A stretch of DNA of 64,000 nt from Mycobacteriales bacterium. Its GTDB lineage: Bacteria > Actinomycetota > Actinomycetes > Mycobacteriales > SCTD01. Positions 41,102 to 50,433 of the stretch are shown in pieces (the first letter of the stretch is position 1; the number at the start of each line of letters is the position of its first letter). The notes beneath the pieces are model-generated. The model saw only the letters and a list, made by a program, of their open reading frames with translations. It was not told the DNA's origin and did no database searches. The position numbers and the translations under genes are program-made. The stretch covers positions 62,509 to 126,508 of the forward strand of contig JBBDWV010000017.1 of the NCBI GenBank assembly GCA_040902655.1, read 5' to 3'.

Positions 41102-42733
41102 CTACTCCGGCTCGGCGGCCCTGCTGCCGGTCTCGACCATGGCGGACTCGGGGCGCGGCAGCGAGGTCTGTGCCGGGTCGTCGCTGCGGCGCTTGGCGCG
41201 GAAGAAGCCCTTGACCTTCTCGGGCTCGTTCTCGTGCAGCTCCACCGCGCCGTAGCCGGGGCCGTGCGGGTCGGTGTGCTCCCCGATGGCGGCCTGGTCC
41301 GGCTCGACCCGGTTCAGTGCGAGCCGGTACGGCACCGGCAGCGGCACCGTCTCCTCGACGAACTCGCCGGAGGGCAGCCGCCGGATCGTCCCGGACTCGA
41401 TGCCGTGGTGCAGCAGCTCCTCGTCGCTGTGCTGCAGCGCCAGACACCAGCGCTTGGTGATCACGTAGACGAGCGGCGGCAGCAGGATCAGCGAGGCCCG
41501 CAGCGCGTACGTCATGTGGTTGAGGTTGATCTGGAAGACCGAGGCGATCACGTCGTTGCCACCGGCGATCAACAGGATGATGTAGAAGGTGAGCGACATC
41601 GTGCCGATGGCCGTGCGGGTCGGGACGTCGCGCGGCCGGTCGAGCAGGTTGTGGTAGGCGCGGTCGCCGGTGAAGCGGGCCTCGAGCCACGGGTAGAAGA
41701 ACATCGCGGTGAAGATCGCGCCCGGCATGATGATGGTCGGGAGGAGCACGTTCCACGAGAGCGTGTAGCCGAACGCCACCGTCTCCCAGTTGGGCATCAG
41801 CCGGGTCGAGCCGTCCAGGAAGCCGATGTACCAGTCGGGCTGTGAGCCGGCGGTGACCTGCGAGGCGTCGTAGGGGCCGTAGAGCCACACCGGGTTGATC
41901 TGCAGGAGCCCCCCCATCACGGCCAGGACGGCGAAGACGAGGAAGAAGAACCCGCCGGCCTTCGCGGCGTAGGCCGGATACAGGCGCGAGCCCACCACGT
42001 TGTCCTCGGTGCGACCCGGTCCGGCGAACTGGGTGTGCTTCTGGTACCAGATCATCATCAGGTGGAAGGTGATCAGGCCCAGGAGCAGCAGCGGGACGAT
42101 GAAGACGTGCGCGATGTAGAGCCGGTCCAGCAACTCGGTGCCGGGGTACTCGCCACCGAACACCAGGAAGGCCAGCCAGGTACCGATGACCGGGATCGAC
42201 AGCGCGATGCCGTAGGCGATGCGGGCGCCGGTGCCGGACAGCAGGTCGTCCGGCAGCGAGTAGCCGGCGAAGCCCTCCACGATGCCCATCAGCAGCAGGC
42301 CGACACCGATCACCCAGTTGAGCTCACGCGGCTTGCGGAACGCGCCGGTGAAGAAGACGCGCATCAGGTGCACCGCGATCGAGGCGAGGAACAGCAGCGC
42401 CGCCCAGTGGTGGATCTGGCGGATGACCAGCCCCCCGCGCACGTCGAAGCTGATCTCCAGCGTCGAGGCGTACGCCTCGCTCATGGTGACGCCCTGGAGC
42501 GGGATGTAGCTGCCGTCGTACACGACCTCGCTGAGCGAGGGGGTGTAGAAGAACGCCAGATAGGTGCCGGTCAGCAGCAGGATGACGAAGGTGTAGAGCG
42601 CGATCTCGCCCAGCATGAACGACCAGTGGTCCGGAAAGACCTTGTTGACGCTGCGGCGCACGAAGTTCGAGGAGCCGAGCCGGTCATCGATCCCGCGGGC
42701 CAGTCGATCGGTCCGCTTCTGCTCGTGGCTCAT
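41102..42733 (-). CDS. qcrB: Cytochrome bc1 complex cytochrome b subunit
   Basis: ATG 42733 (MSHEQKRTDRLARGIDDRL). WSFMLGEIALYTF, IRQIHHWAALLF. The longer ORF overlaps qcrA. Confidence 0.93.
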   Translation of the reverse strand: MSHEQKRTDRLARGIDDRLGSSNFVRRSVNKVFPDHWSFMLGEIALYTFVILLLTGTYLAFFYTPSLSEVVYDGSYIPLQGVTMSEAYASTLEISFDVRGGLVIRQIHHWAALLFLASIAVHLMRVFFTGAFRKPRELNWVIGVGLLLMGIVEGFAGYSLPDDLLSGTGARIAYGIALSIPVIGTWLAFLVFGGEYPGTELLDRLYIAHVFIVPLLLLGLITFHLMMIWYQKHTQFAGPGRTEDNVVGSRLYPAYAAKAGGFFFLVFAVLAVMGGLLQINPVWLYGPYDASQVTAGSQPDWYIGFLDGSTRLMPNWETVAFGYTLSWNVLLPTIIMPGAIFTAMFFYPWLEARFTGDRAYHNLLDRPRDVPTRTAIGTMSLTFYIILLIAGGNDVIASVFQINLNHMTYALRASLILLPPLVYVITKRWCLALQHSDEELLHHGIESGTIRRLPSGEFVEETVPLPVPYRLALNRVEPDQAAIGEHTDPHGPGYGAVELHENEPEKVKGFFRAKRRSDDPAQTSLPRPESAMVETGSRAAEPE

Positions 42734-43893
42734 CCGCGCTCCCAGTAGCTCGGTCCGATGGGCTCGGCGAAGTCGCCCTCTGCCACGAAATATCCGTCCT
42801 CGTCGACCGAGATGGCCAGCTGGGGCAGCGCCCGGGCGGCCGGTCCGAAGATCACCTTCGCGCCGTGCGCCGCGTCGAACGTCGACTGGTGGCACGGGCA
42901 GAACAGGTTGTGCGTCTGCTGCTCGTAGAGCTTCACCGGGCAGCCCAGGTGGGTGCAGATGCTCGAGTAGACGACATGGCCGCTGTAGGCCCACGTCTCC
43001 GCCTGCCCGGTGAGCTCGAGCTCCTCCGGCCGCATCCGGATGAGCAGCGCGGGGGAGTCGGCCAGCTTGGTGCCGTGATCGACGTCGGGGAAGACACTCT
43101 CGACGGCGCCGATGACCAGGTCACCGAGCTTGACCGGTGTGCCGTTCTGGCGGATGAGGCGCACGCCCTGCTTCCAGCCGGTCGTGGCGAGCACCCGCTC
43201 CTTGTGCTGGTACGGGCCCATGCTGAACAGCAGCGGGACGGGCAGCAGCGCCAGCGCGCCACCGCCGAGCGCGAGCGAGCCGAGCAGCAGGGGACGGCGG
43301 GCGATGTTGGCCTGCCCGAGACCGGCCTTCAGGGCCTCGGCGGCCGCCGCGCGCTCCTCCGGCGCCGAGCCGAACGGGTGGCGTTCCTGGACCGCCTCCT
43401 CGTCCGGCATGAGCAGCTTGGCCCAGAGCACGGCGCCCGCGCCGATGCCGAACAGCGCCAGCCCCATGAAGCTGCCGAGCAGTCGGGTGTAGTAGAAGTT
43501 GCCGGGCTCGTCGTAGCGCCACTCGCCGAGGACGTAGGTGGCCAGGAACCCGACGACACCGACCACCGACAGCAGGAACAGCGCGGAGACCTTGCGCTCG
43601 GCGGAGCGGGCCTCGGCCGGGGTGAGGTCGCGGTGCCCGGCGGGCGTCGCGACCGGCTGCGGGCCGTGGCCGGCGCTGCGCTGCTCCTCGTCGCCGACGG
43701 CGGCGTGCATCGCGGCGCGGCTGTCGGTCTGCTGGAAGTCACTCTCGTGCACGCCGGAGTCGCGGTTGTCGCCGCCCCTGTTGGCCTGATCGGTCGGGCG
43801 CGCGGCCAGCCGCTCACGGATCGAGCCGGCGGCCTCGGCGGAGGTCTGGGTGGTCGGCGGTGAGGGCTGCTGGCCCCCGGTGTTCTCGGTCAT
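42730..43893 (-). CDS. qcrA: Cytochrome bc1 complex Rieske iron-sulfur subunit
   Basis: CTHLGCPV...CPCHQSTF Rieske motifs. N-terminal TM segments. Confidence 0.93.
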   Translation of the reverse strand: MTENTGGQQPSPPTTQTSAEAAGSIRERLAARPTDQANRGGDNRDSGVHESDFQQTDSRAAMHAAVGDEEQRSAGHGPQPVATPAGHRDLTPAEARSAERKVSALFLLSVVGVVGFLATYVLGEWRYDEPGNFYYTRLLGSFMGLALFGIGAGAVLWAKLLMPDEEAVQERHPFGSAPEERAAAAEALKAGLGQANIARRPLLLGSLALGGGALALLPVPLLFSMGPYQHKERVLATTGWKQGVRLIRQNGTPVKLGDLVIGAVESVFPDVDHGTKLADSPALLIRMRPEELELTGQAETWAYSGHVVYSSICTHLGCPVKLYEQQTHNLFCPCHQSTFDAAHGAKVIFGPAARALPQLAISVDEDGYFVAEGDFAEPIGPSYWERG

Positions 43894-44708
43894 GCGCGGG
43901 CACCGATCCAGAGCGTGAGGACAATGAGGGCGGTGATGCCGACGATCCAGGAGACCAGGCCCTCGGTGAGCGGGCCATAGCGGCCCAGGCTGGCGCCGCC
44001 GGGGTTCTCGGCCTCCTGCGTGATGTAGCGGACGAAGCGGGTGATGGCCCGCTTCTCCTCCGGCGTGAGCTGGTTGTCGCCGTAGCGCGGCATGCTCTCC
44101 GGTCCGGACTGCATCGCCGTGTAGATCACGCGGGGGCTGGCCGACTTCAGCTCCGGGGCGTACTTGCCGAAGGTCAGCGCCCCGCCGGAGCCGGCGAAGT
44201 TGTGGCAGCTCGCGCAGTTGGTGCGGAACAGCGAGCCACCCAGCTGCAGGTCGCCGTCGGTCAGGTCTCCGCGGGGCACGGTCGGTCCGCCGCCGTTGGC
44301 CTGGATGTAGGCCGCGATCTGGTCGATCTGCTCGAGGTCGTACTTCGGCGTCTTGCGCGGCGCCTGCTGCAGCCCGGCGTTGAGCGGCATCCGGCCGCTC
44401 TCCATCTGGAAGATGACCGACGAGGCGCCCACCCCGATCAGCGACGGCCCGCCGGCGCCGCCCTCGAGGTTGAGCCCGTGGCAGGTCGAGCAGCCGGTGA
44501 GGTAGAGTTCGCGTCCCTCCGCGGCCGCCGTCGACTGGTTCCGCGGAGTGACCTGCGCCTCGCTGGAGGGCGCGCCGAAGGCGGTGTAGAGGGTGCCGAC
44601 CAGGCTCAGCGCGAGCAGGACGACGGCGTAGCCGCTGACCGGGCTCCGGCGCCGGGCCCGCGCGGTGGAGGAGGTTGTCACGGGTGTCCGATTCTGTGCG
44701 GTCGTCAC
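43890..44708 (-). CDS. qcrC: Cytochrome bc1 complex diheme cytochrome c subunit
   Basis: Two CxxCH motifs (CSTCH, CASCH). GTG 44708 is in a GTGA overlap with the ctaE stop. GTG 44681 is an alternative. Confidence 0.9.
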   Translation of the reverse strand: MTTAQNRTPVTTSSTARARRRSPVSGYAVVLLALSLVGTLYTAFGAPSSEAQVTPRNQSTAAAEGRELYLTGCSTCHGLNLEGGAGGPSLIGVGASSVIFQMESGRMPLNAGLQQAPRKTPKYDLEQIDQIAAYIQANGGGPTVPRGDLTDGDLQLGGSLFRTNCASCHNFAGSGGALTFGKYAPELKSASPRVIYTAMQSGPESMPRYGDNQLTPEEKRAITRFVRYITQEAENPGGASLGRYGPLTEGLVSWIVGITALIVLTLWIGARA

Positions 44709-45313
44709 TGGATGATGTAGATCGCGGCGAACAGGCCGATCCACACGACGTCGACGAAGTGCCAGTAGTACGAGACGACGATCGCGCTGGTGGCCTTCTC
44801 CGGGGAGAACCGGCCGACCGTCGAGCGCATGAGCACGATCACGAAGGCGAACAGGCCGCCGATCACGTGCAGACCGTGGAAGCCGGTCGTCAGGTAGAAC
44901 ACCGAGCCGTACGGCGCGGAGGCGATGGTCAGGTGCTCGTGGGTGACCAGCTCGCGGTACTCGTTGAGCTGGCCCAGCACGAAGGCCAGCCCCATGACCA
45001 GGGTGATCGCGAACCACTTGCGCAGGCCGTAGACGTCGCCGCGCTCGGCCGCGAACACACCGAACTGACAGGTGACCGACGACGCCACCAGGATCACCGT
45101 GAAGACGAGGGCGTAGGGGACGTTGAGGACCTCGGTGGCCTCCGCCCACACCTCGGCGCCCTGCACCGAGCGGATCGTGAAGTACATCGCGAACAGCGCC
45201 GCGAAGAACATCAGCTCGGAGGACAGCCACACGATCGTGCCGACGCTGACCATGTTCGGGCGCGTCAGGGATCCGTGAGCCGGCAGCTTCTCGAGGGCGG
45301 GTGCAGCAGTCAC
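44705..45313 (-). CDS. ctaE: Cytochrome c oxidase subunit III
   Basis: [28 protein letters not shown]. Start GTG 45313 is preferred over ATG 45349. Confidence 0.92.
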   Translation of the reverse strand: MTAAPALEKLPAHGSLTRPNMVSVGTIVWLSSELMFFAALFAMYFTIRSVQGAEVWAEATEVLNVPYALVFTVILVASSVTCQFGVFAAERGDVYGLRKWFAITLVMGLAFVLGQLNEYRELVTHEHLTIASAPYGSVFYLTTGFHGLHVIGGLFAFVIVLMRSTVGRFSPEKATSAIVVSYYWHFVDVVWIGLFAAIYIIQ

Positions 45314-45399
45314 GCGAACATGATGGCAGGCCCCGGCGTACCTCTCCACGCGGGGCCGTCCGCCACGCCGGGGCGGTCGGCCGGACCTAAGCTGCAGCG

Positions 45400-46332
45400 G
45401 TGGCCGGCGTCCTCGCGTACTCCTCGACGGCGGTGCTGGCGCACCGCGACGGCCTGCCGGCCTTCACCCCGGGCGTCCTGCTGACCCAGGCCCGTCCCGA
45501 GGTCCTGCCGCTGCTGCTCGTCCTGCTCCCGGCCGCCGGCTACCTCTACGGCGTGCACCGGCTGCGCGCCCGCGGCGACGCCTGGCCGGTCGCCCGTACG
45601 CTGGCCTTCCTCGTCGGTGGGCTGGGCACCGTCGCGCTGGCCACGCTGTCCGGCCTGGCGGCGTACGACGTGAGCCTGTTCGGCGTCCACATGGTCCAGC
45701 ACATGCTGCTGTCGATGGTCGCGACCGTCTTCCTGGCCCTCGGCGCGCCGATCACCCTGGCCCTGCGCACCCTGCCCCGGCGCCCGCGAGGGGCGGTCCT
45801 GGCGGTCCTGCACTCGCGCGTCGCGCGGCTCGTCGGCTTCCCGCTGATCCCCTGGATGCTCTACGTCGCCAGCCCGTTCGCGCTCTACTTCTCCGGCTGG
45901 TACGAAGCCACGCTGGACAGCCGGGTGCTGCACGAGTTGCTGCACCTGCACTTCCTGGCCGTGGGGGCGCTGTTCTTCTGGCCGCTGCTCGGCATCGACC
46001 CTGTCCCCGGCCGGGGCGCCCACCCGTTCCGGCTGCTGCTGGTCGGGACGACGCTGCCCTTCCACGCCTTCCTCGGCGTGGCGATCATGAGCGTCGAGCC
46101 CGACGGGCGGGGGCTGCTCTCGCCCGACCACTACCTGGCGCTGCACACGCTGGACGAGGCGGTCTTCCAGCAGCAGCTCGGTGGCGGGCTGCTGTGGGCG
46201 TCCGGCGACATCATCGGCCTGCTGTTCCTCGCCGTGCTCGTCACCCAGTGGATGCGGGCCAGTGAACGCGAGGCGCAGCGTGAGGACCGCCGGCTCGACC
46301 GGCTCGACACGCCCGTACGATCACCGCCATGA
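45400..46332 (+). CDS. Cytochrome c oxidase assembly protein, CtaG (caa3-type)-like membrane protein
   Basis: Multi-TM protein. [30 protein letters not shown]. Confidence 0.75.
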   Translation: MAGVLAYSSTAVLAHRDGLPAFTPGVLLTQARPEVLPLLLVLLPAAGYLYGVHRLRARGDAWPVARTLAFLVGGLGTVALATLSGLAAYDVSLFGVHMVQHMLLSMVATVFLALGAPITLALRTLPRRPRGAVLAVLHSRVARLVGFPLIPWMLYVASPFALYFSGWYEATLDSRVLHELLHLHFLAVGALFFWPLLGIDPVPGRGAHPFRLLLVGTTLPFHAFLGVAIMSVEPDGRGLLSPDHYLALHTLDEAVFQQQLGGGLLWASGDIIGLLFLAVLVTQWMRASEREAQREDRRLDRLDTPVRSPP

Positions 46333-46784
46333 GCGACCCGGCCACTCCCGCCTCGCCGAGCCCGTCCGCAAGCAGCCACAGCGTCGTCGTCTACAGCGAC
46401 GACCCGGCGGTGCGCGACCAGATCCGGGGCGCGGTGGGGCGGCGACCGGCCGCCGACCTCGGCCGGGTGGAGTGGGTCGAGTGCACGACCGGCGAGCAGG
46501 TGGTCGCAGCGGTCGACGCCGGCGGGGTGGATGCCGTCGTGCTCGACGGGGAGGCCTGGCCGACCGGCGGCATGGGGCTGGCCAAGCAGATGAAGGACGA
46601 GCTGGCGGACTGCCCGCCGGTCCTGGTCCTGATCGCCCGCCGTGACGACCGGTGGCTGGCCACCTGGTCGCAGGCCGACGCGGTGGTCCCGCACCCGATC
46701 GACGCGCCGGAGCTGACGGACGCGCTGGCCGAGCTGCTGCGCCGGCGCGTGGCCGGCCTGCCGGTGCGCCGCGCCGTCCACTGA
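46329..46784 (+). CDS. Stand-alone receiver (CheY-like) domain protein, atypical
   Basis: [18 protein letters not shown] (putative acceptor Asp), PPVLVLIA. The usual K-P appears as PHP. ATGA overlap with the upstream gene. Confidence 0.6.
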   Translation: MSDPATPASPSPSASSHSVVVYSDDPAVRDQIRGAVGRRPAADLGRVEWVECTTGEQVVAAVDAGGVDAVVLDGEAWPTGGMGLAKQMKDELADCPPVLVLIARRDDRWLATWSQADAVVPHPIDAPELTDALAELLRRRVAGLPVRRAVH

Positions 46785-46789
46785 CACCG

Positions 46790-47827
46790 GTGGCAGCCCC
46801 CGGTTGGCCGGCGCTGCTGGCCTCCCTGCTCCGTGGCCAGGACCTGACCGCCGCCGACACCGGCTGGGCGATGGGTGAGGTGATGGCCGGTGAGGCCACC
46901 CCTGCGCAGGTCGCCGGTTTCGTCGTCGCGCTGCGGGCCAAGGGGGAGACGCCCGAGGAGGTCGCCGGGCTGGTCGAGGTGATGCTGGCCGAGGCGGCGC
47001 CGGTGACCGTCCCCGGCCGCGTCGTCGACACCTGCGGGACCGGCGGGGACCGCTCCAACACCGTCAACCTGTCCACGATGGCCGCGCTGGTGGTGGCCGG
47101 TGCGGGGGTGCCGGTCGTCAAGCACGGCAACCGCGCCGCCTCCTCGGCCTGCGGGTCGGCCGACCTGCTCGAGCAGCTCGGGGTGGTGGTCGACCTCCCG
47201 CCCGCCGCGATCGGACCGTGTCTGGCCTCAGCCGGCATCGCGTTCTGCTTCGCGCCGGTGTTCCACCCCGGGATGCGGCACGCTGCCGTGGCCCGCCGCG
47301 ACCTCGGGGTGCCGACGGTGTTCAACGTGCTGGGCCCGTTGACCAACCCGGCCCGCCCGGCTGCGCAGGCGGTGGGCGTGTCCGACCCGCGGCTGGCCCC
47401 GGTGATGGCGGACGTGCTCGCCCGTCGCGGCGCCGACGCGCTGGTCTTCCGCGGCGACGACGGCCTGGACGAGCTGACCACCACGGGGCCGTCCACCGTC
47501 TGGGTGGTGTCGGGCGGGGCGGTACGCCGCGAGTCGTTCGACCCGGCCGACCTCGGCGTCGCCCGGGCGACGCTGGAGCAGCTGCGTGGAGCGGGCCCGG
47601 CCCACAACGCCGGCGTGTCCCGGGACCTGCTGGCCGGCGCCCGCGGACCGGTGCGCGACGCCGTGCTGCTCAACGCCGCGGCCGCGCTGGCCGCACACGC
47701 CGGCGGCGACGGCCCGCTGGTGCCCCGCCTGGAGGACGGCTGGGACCGCGCCGCGCAGGCGCTGGACGGCGGTGCCGCCCGCGACCTGCTCGAGCGCTGG
47801 GTGTCGGTCAGCCTCTCGCTGCGCTGA
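46790..47827 (+). CDS. trpD: Anthranilate phosphoribosyltransferase
   Basis: [49 protein letters not shown] 46790. Confidence 0.93.
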   Translation: MAAPGWPALLASLLRGQDLTAADTGWAMGEVMAGEATPAQVAGFVVALRAKGETPEEVAGLVEVMLAEAAPVTVPGRVVDTCGTGGDRSNTVNLSTMAALVVAGAGVPVVKHGNRAASSACGSADLLEQLGVVVDLPPAAIGPCLASAGIAFCFAPVFHPGMRHAAVARRDLGVPTVFNVLGPLTNPARPAAQAVGVSDPRLAPVMADVLARRGADALVFRGDDGLDELTTTGPSTVWVVSGGAVRRESFDPADLGVARATLEQLRGAGPAHNAGVSRDLLAGARGPVRDAVLLNAAAALAAHAGGDGPLVPRLEDGWDRAAQALDGGAARDLLERWVSVSLSLR

Positions 47828-47948
47828 CCCGGCGTGGGGGCGGCGTGGGGGCGCCGGTTCGGTTGCTCACTGCCGGTGCCGAGTGGCCAGAACAGCCAGG
47901 GCACCTACGCAGCAGTCGTCCTGAAGCCAGCGAGCGTCACCGATGCTG

Positions 47949-48012
47949 TGATCAACGCCGTTCTCACGCACATTTCCGGCGTACCAGAAGTGAGCAACCC
48001 CGGCGTTGATCA
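47949..48012. repeat. 64-nt TIR element, copy 2 (TGATCAACGCCG...CGGCGTTGATCA)
   Basis: Same length and termini as 9990-10053. Shares the internal CGCACATT. The interior otherwise differs but keeps an inner stem (CTCAC/GTGAG). Confidence 0.75.
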
Positions 48013-48126
48013 CAGCCGGCGGCGGCCGAGCCGGGACGCGCGATACTGCCGGCTCTGTGACGACGCCGCAGCCACCTCACGCGCTGGGTGCAGTAGGAGC
48101 ATCACCTATGAGGCCCGGCCACGACA

Positions 48127-48174
48127 GTTCTCGGTGCCAGCAGCGCCCGCTTGTGCGGGCCGCTGGCACCAAGA
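48127..48174. repeat. Hairpin repeat family H, copy 2
   Basis: GTTCTCGGTGCCAGCAGCGCCCGCTTGTGCGGGCCGCTGGCACCAAGA. Inner stem GCCCGC/GCGGGC, loop TTGT. Confidence 0.8.
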
Positions 48175-48216
48175 TGGCCCGGCCCGGCCCGGCCCGGCGC
48201 CGCCCCGGTGCCCGAC

Positions 48217-48265
48217 GTTCTCGGTGCCAGCACCGCCTGCTTCGAGCACAGGCGTGGCACCGAGA
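48217..48265. repeat. Hairpin repeat family H, copy 3
   Basis: GTTCTCGGTGCCAGCACCGCCTGCTTCGAGCACAGGCGTGGCACCGAGAT. The outer stem is perfect. The inner stem is replaced by CGCCTG/CAGGCG. Confidence 0.8.
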
Positions 48266-48271
48266 TGGATC

Positions 48272-48307
48272 GAGCAGCCCGGCGAGCAGCCCGGCGAGCA
48301 GCCCGGC
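48272..48307. repeat. Three tandem copies of the 12-bp unit GAGCAGCCCGGC
   Basis: Read directly. Confidence 0.85.
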
Positions 48308-48422
48308 GGCCGCACCGCACGGCCTCTACCGGCGGCTCTCGGACGTGGCAGCACGTCGGGCGATCGGGCAGCCGCTACCGGCGCGTGTGCCGTGCCGTGC
48401 CGGGCCTGGGCCGACAGGAGAC

Positions 48423-48478
48423 CAAGATCTTCGGAACATCCACAGGGCCAGGGTCCTGTGGATGTTCCGATGATCTTG
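48423..48478. repeat. Long hairpin: 24-bp stem CAAGATCTTCGGAACATCCACAGG / CCTGTGGATGTTCCGATGATCTTG (one mismatch), 8-nt loop
   Basis: Read directly. The stem is markedly less GC-rich than its surroundings and contains two GATC sites. Confidence 0.85.
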
Positions 48479-48748
48479 CTCAGGTTTGGCGGCACCCTGC
48501 CTGACATCCACGACCGGCGGCACCCCGCCACCGGCGAGAAGCGGCGACAGGCCGCGGCGCCCTCGCCGCTGACCTCAGCAACGCATCGCAGCCGGCTGTC
48601 GCAGTGGCAGCCGGGCGGGAGCTGATCGCGGCCCGAGCGAGCAGAACCGATGCTCCGCCCTTCGGCCAGTGGTCCAGAACCGCTGCACCGTCCGGGCAGC
48701 TGATCAGCCCGCCATGAGGTGTGTTGCGTCATGACGTTGTTGTCATGA

Positions 48749-49165
48749 CCGGACCCGGCGGACCCCGAGCGGCTGGCGCGCGGCCCCGACCCCCTGCTGG
48801 TCGACGAGTGGCAGCGGCTGCCGACGTCCTGGGGCATGGTGCGGCGGGCCGTGGACGACGACCCCTCAGCCGGTCGCTTCCTGCTCACCGGGTCGGCCGC
48901 CCCCAAAACGGCCTGTTCGAGTCGTTGGCAACACTGGTCGTGCGCGTCAGCGCGCAGGCTGCCGAGGCCCGCGTGCGCCACTTCCGCTCCTGGCGCGGGG
49001 AGCGTGAAGTGGACCTCATCGTGGAGCGCGAGGACCACCGGGTGCTGGGTCTGGAGGTCAAGCTCAGCCCGGAGGTCGACGACCGAGATGTCCGGCACCT
49101 GCTGTGGCTCGAGGAGCAACTGGGCGAGGACTTCCTCGGAGGCGCAGTGCTGACTTCTGGCTGGG
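48749..49165 (+). pseudogene. Decayed AAA-ATPase gene of the DUF4143 type (N-terminal Walker region missing, large internal deletion, frame change)
   Basis: One frame reads DPERLARGPDPLLVDEWQRLPTSWGMVRRAVDDDPSAGRFLLTGSAAP. Another frame reads GLFESLATLVVRVSAQAAEARVRHFRSWRGEREVDLIVEREDHRVLGLEVKLSPEVDDRDVRHLLWL. Both resemble, from memory, separated parts of about 400-aa ATP-binding/DUF4143 proteins. Confidence 0.7.
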
Positions 49166-49213
49166 AAGTGGAGCTAGCGCATCTGGAGCCGCGCCCGCGC
49201 GCCGCGGTGGGCC

Positions 49214-50155
49214 TCAGGAGCCGAGGGAGTCGCGGCCGTGGGGCGCGGACCAGCCGGACAGGTTCGGCCCCTTGGGCACCACCCGAGTCGGGTTGATCTT
49301 GTCGTGGGTGGCGTAGTAGTGCCGCTTGATGTGGTCGAAGTCGGTGGTGTCGCCGAAGCCGGGCGTCGAGAACAGGTCGCGGGCGTACGGCCACAGGTGG
49401 GCGAACTCGGTCAGCTTGCGCTCGTTGCACTTGAAGTGGCCGTGGTAGGCGGCGTCGAAGCGGACCAGCGTCGTGAACAGCCGCACGTCGGCCTCGGTCA
49501 GCTGCCGCCCGACCAGGTACCGCTCGCCGGCGAGGTGCTCGTCGAGCGCGTGCAGCCGGGCGAACAGCGCGTCGTACGCCGCCTCGTAGCTCTCCTGCGT
49601 CGTCGCGAACCCCGCCTTGTAGACGCCGTTGTTGACCGCATGGAAGTTCGCCTCGGACATCTCGTCGATCGCCTCGCGCAGGTGCTCCGGGTAGAGGTCC
49701 GGCGCGTCGGCCTTGTGCAGCGAGGTCCACTGCGTCGACAGGTCGAGGGTGATCTGCGGGTAGTCGTTGGTGACGACGCGCTCGCTGGTGGTGTCCCAGA
49801 CGAACGGCACGGTGGCCCGGCCCTGGAAGGAGGGATCGCTGCGCTGGTAGAGCTCCATCACGTACGACGCGTTGGTCACCGGGTCCCTGCCGCCCTCATC
49901 GAGGGTGAAGCGCCAGCCCTTCTCGTCGCGGATCGGGTCGACGACGCGCAGCGCGATCGCGTCCTCGAGGCCGAGCAGCCGGCGCACGATCACCGAGCGG
50001 TGCGCCCACGGGCAGGCCAGGCAGACGTAGAGGACGTAGCGGCCGGGCTCGACCGGGTAGCCGCTGCTGCCGTCGGAGGTGATCCGGTCCCGGAAGTGGT
50101 TGGCCTGCCGGACGAAGCTGCCGTCCTTCACCTCGGCGAACTGCGGCGATGTCAC
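49214..50155 (-). CDS. Glutathionyl-hydroquinone reductase (Xi-class GST, YqjG/ECM4-like)
   Basis: GRYVLYVCLACPWAHRSVIVRRL (CPWAHR motif). GTGA overlap with the upstream gene. Confidence 0.88.
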   Translation of the reverse strand: MTSPQFAEVKDGSFVRQANHFRDRITSDGSSGYPVEPGRYVLYVCLACPWAHRSVIVRRLLGLEDAIALRVVDPIRDEKGWRFTLDEGGRDPVTNASYVMELYQRSDPSFQGRATVPFVWDTTSERVVTNDYPQITLDLSTQWTSLHKADAPDLYPEHLREAIDEMSEANFHAVNNGVYKAGFATTQESYEAAYDALFARLHALDEHLAGERYLVGRQLTEADVRLFTTLVRFDAAYHGHFKCNERKLTEFAHLWPYARDLFSTPGFGDTTDFDHIKRHYYATHDKINPTRVVPKGPNLSGWSAPHGRDSLGS

Positions 50156-50433
50156 GACTCCATCCCGAGGGAGAAAGTGGCCTCGAGGTCGTGCTTGCTG
50201 TAGGCCTGGAAGGCGATGAGCGTCTGCGTGGCCTGGACCCCGTCGACCTTGTTCAGCCGCCCGGCGATCACCTCGTGCAGGTCCTCGTGCCGGCGCACCC
50301 GCACCATCGCGACGAGGTCGACGTCACCCGCGACGGAGTAGACCTCGCTGACGCCGTCGAGGTCGGCGATGCGCTGGGCCACCTCCGGGATCGAGTCGAC
50401 GGCGGCGCTGACCATGACGATGGCGGTGATCAC
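50152..50433 (-). CDS. Lrp/AsnC-type ligand-binding (RAM) domain-only protein
   Basis: 93 aa. VSEVYSVAGDVDLVAMVRVRRHEDLHEVI...GVQATQTLIAF. No HTH region. Confidence 0.8.
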   Translation of the reverse strand: MITAIVMVSAAVDSIPEVAQRIADLDGVSEVYSVAGDVDLVAMVRVRRHEDLHEVIAGRLNKVDGVQATQTLIAFQAYSKHDLEATFSLGMES

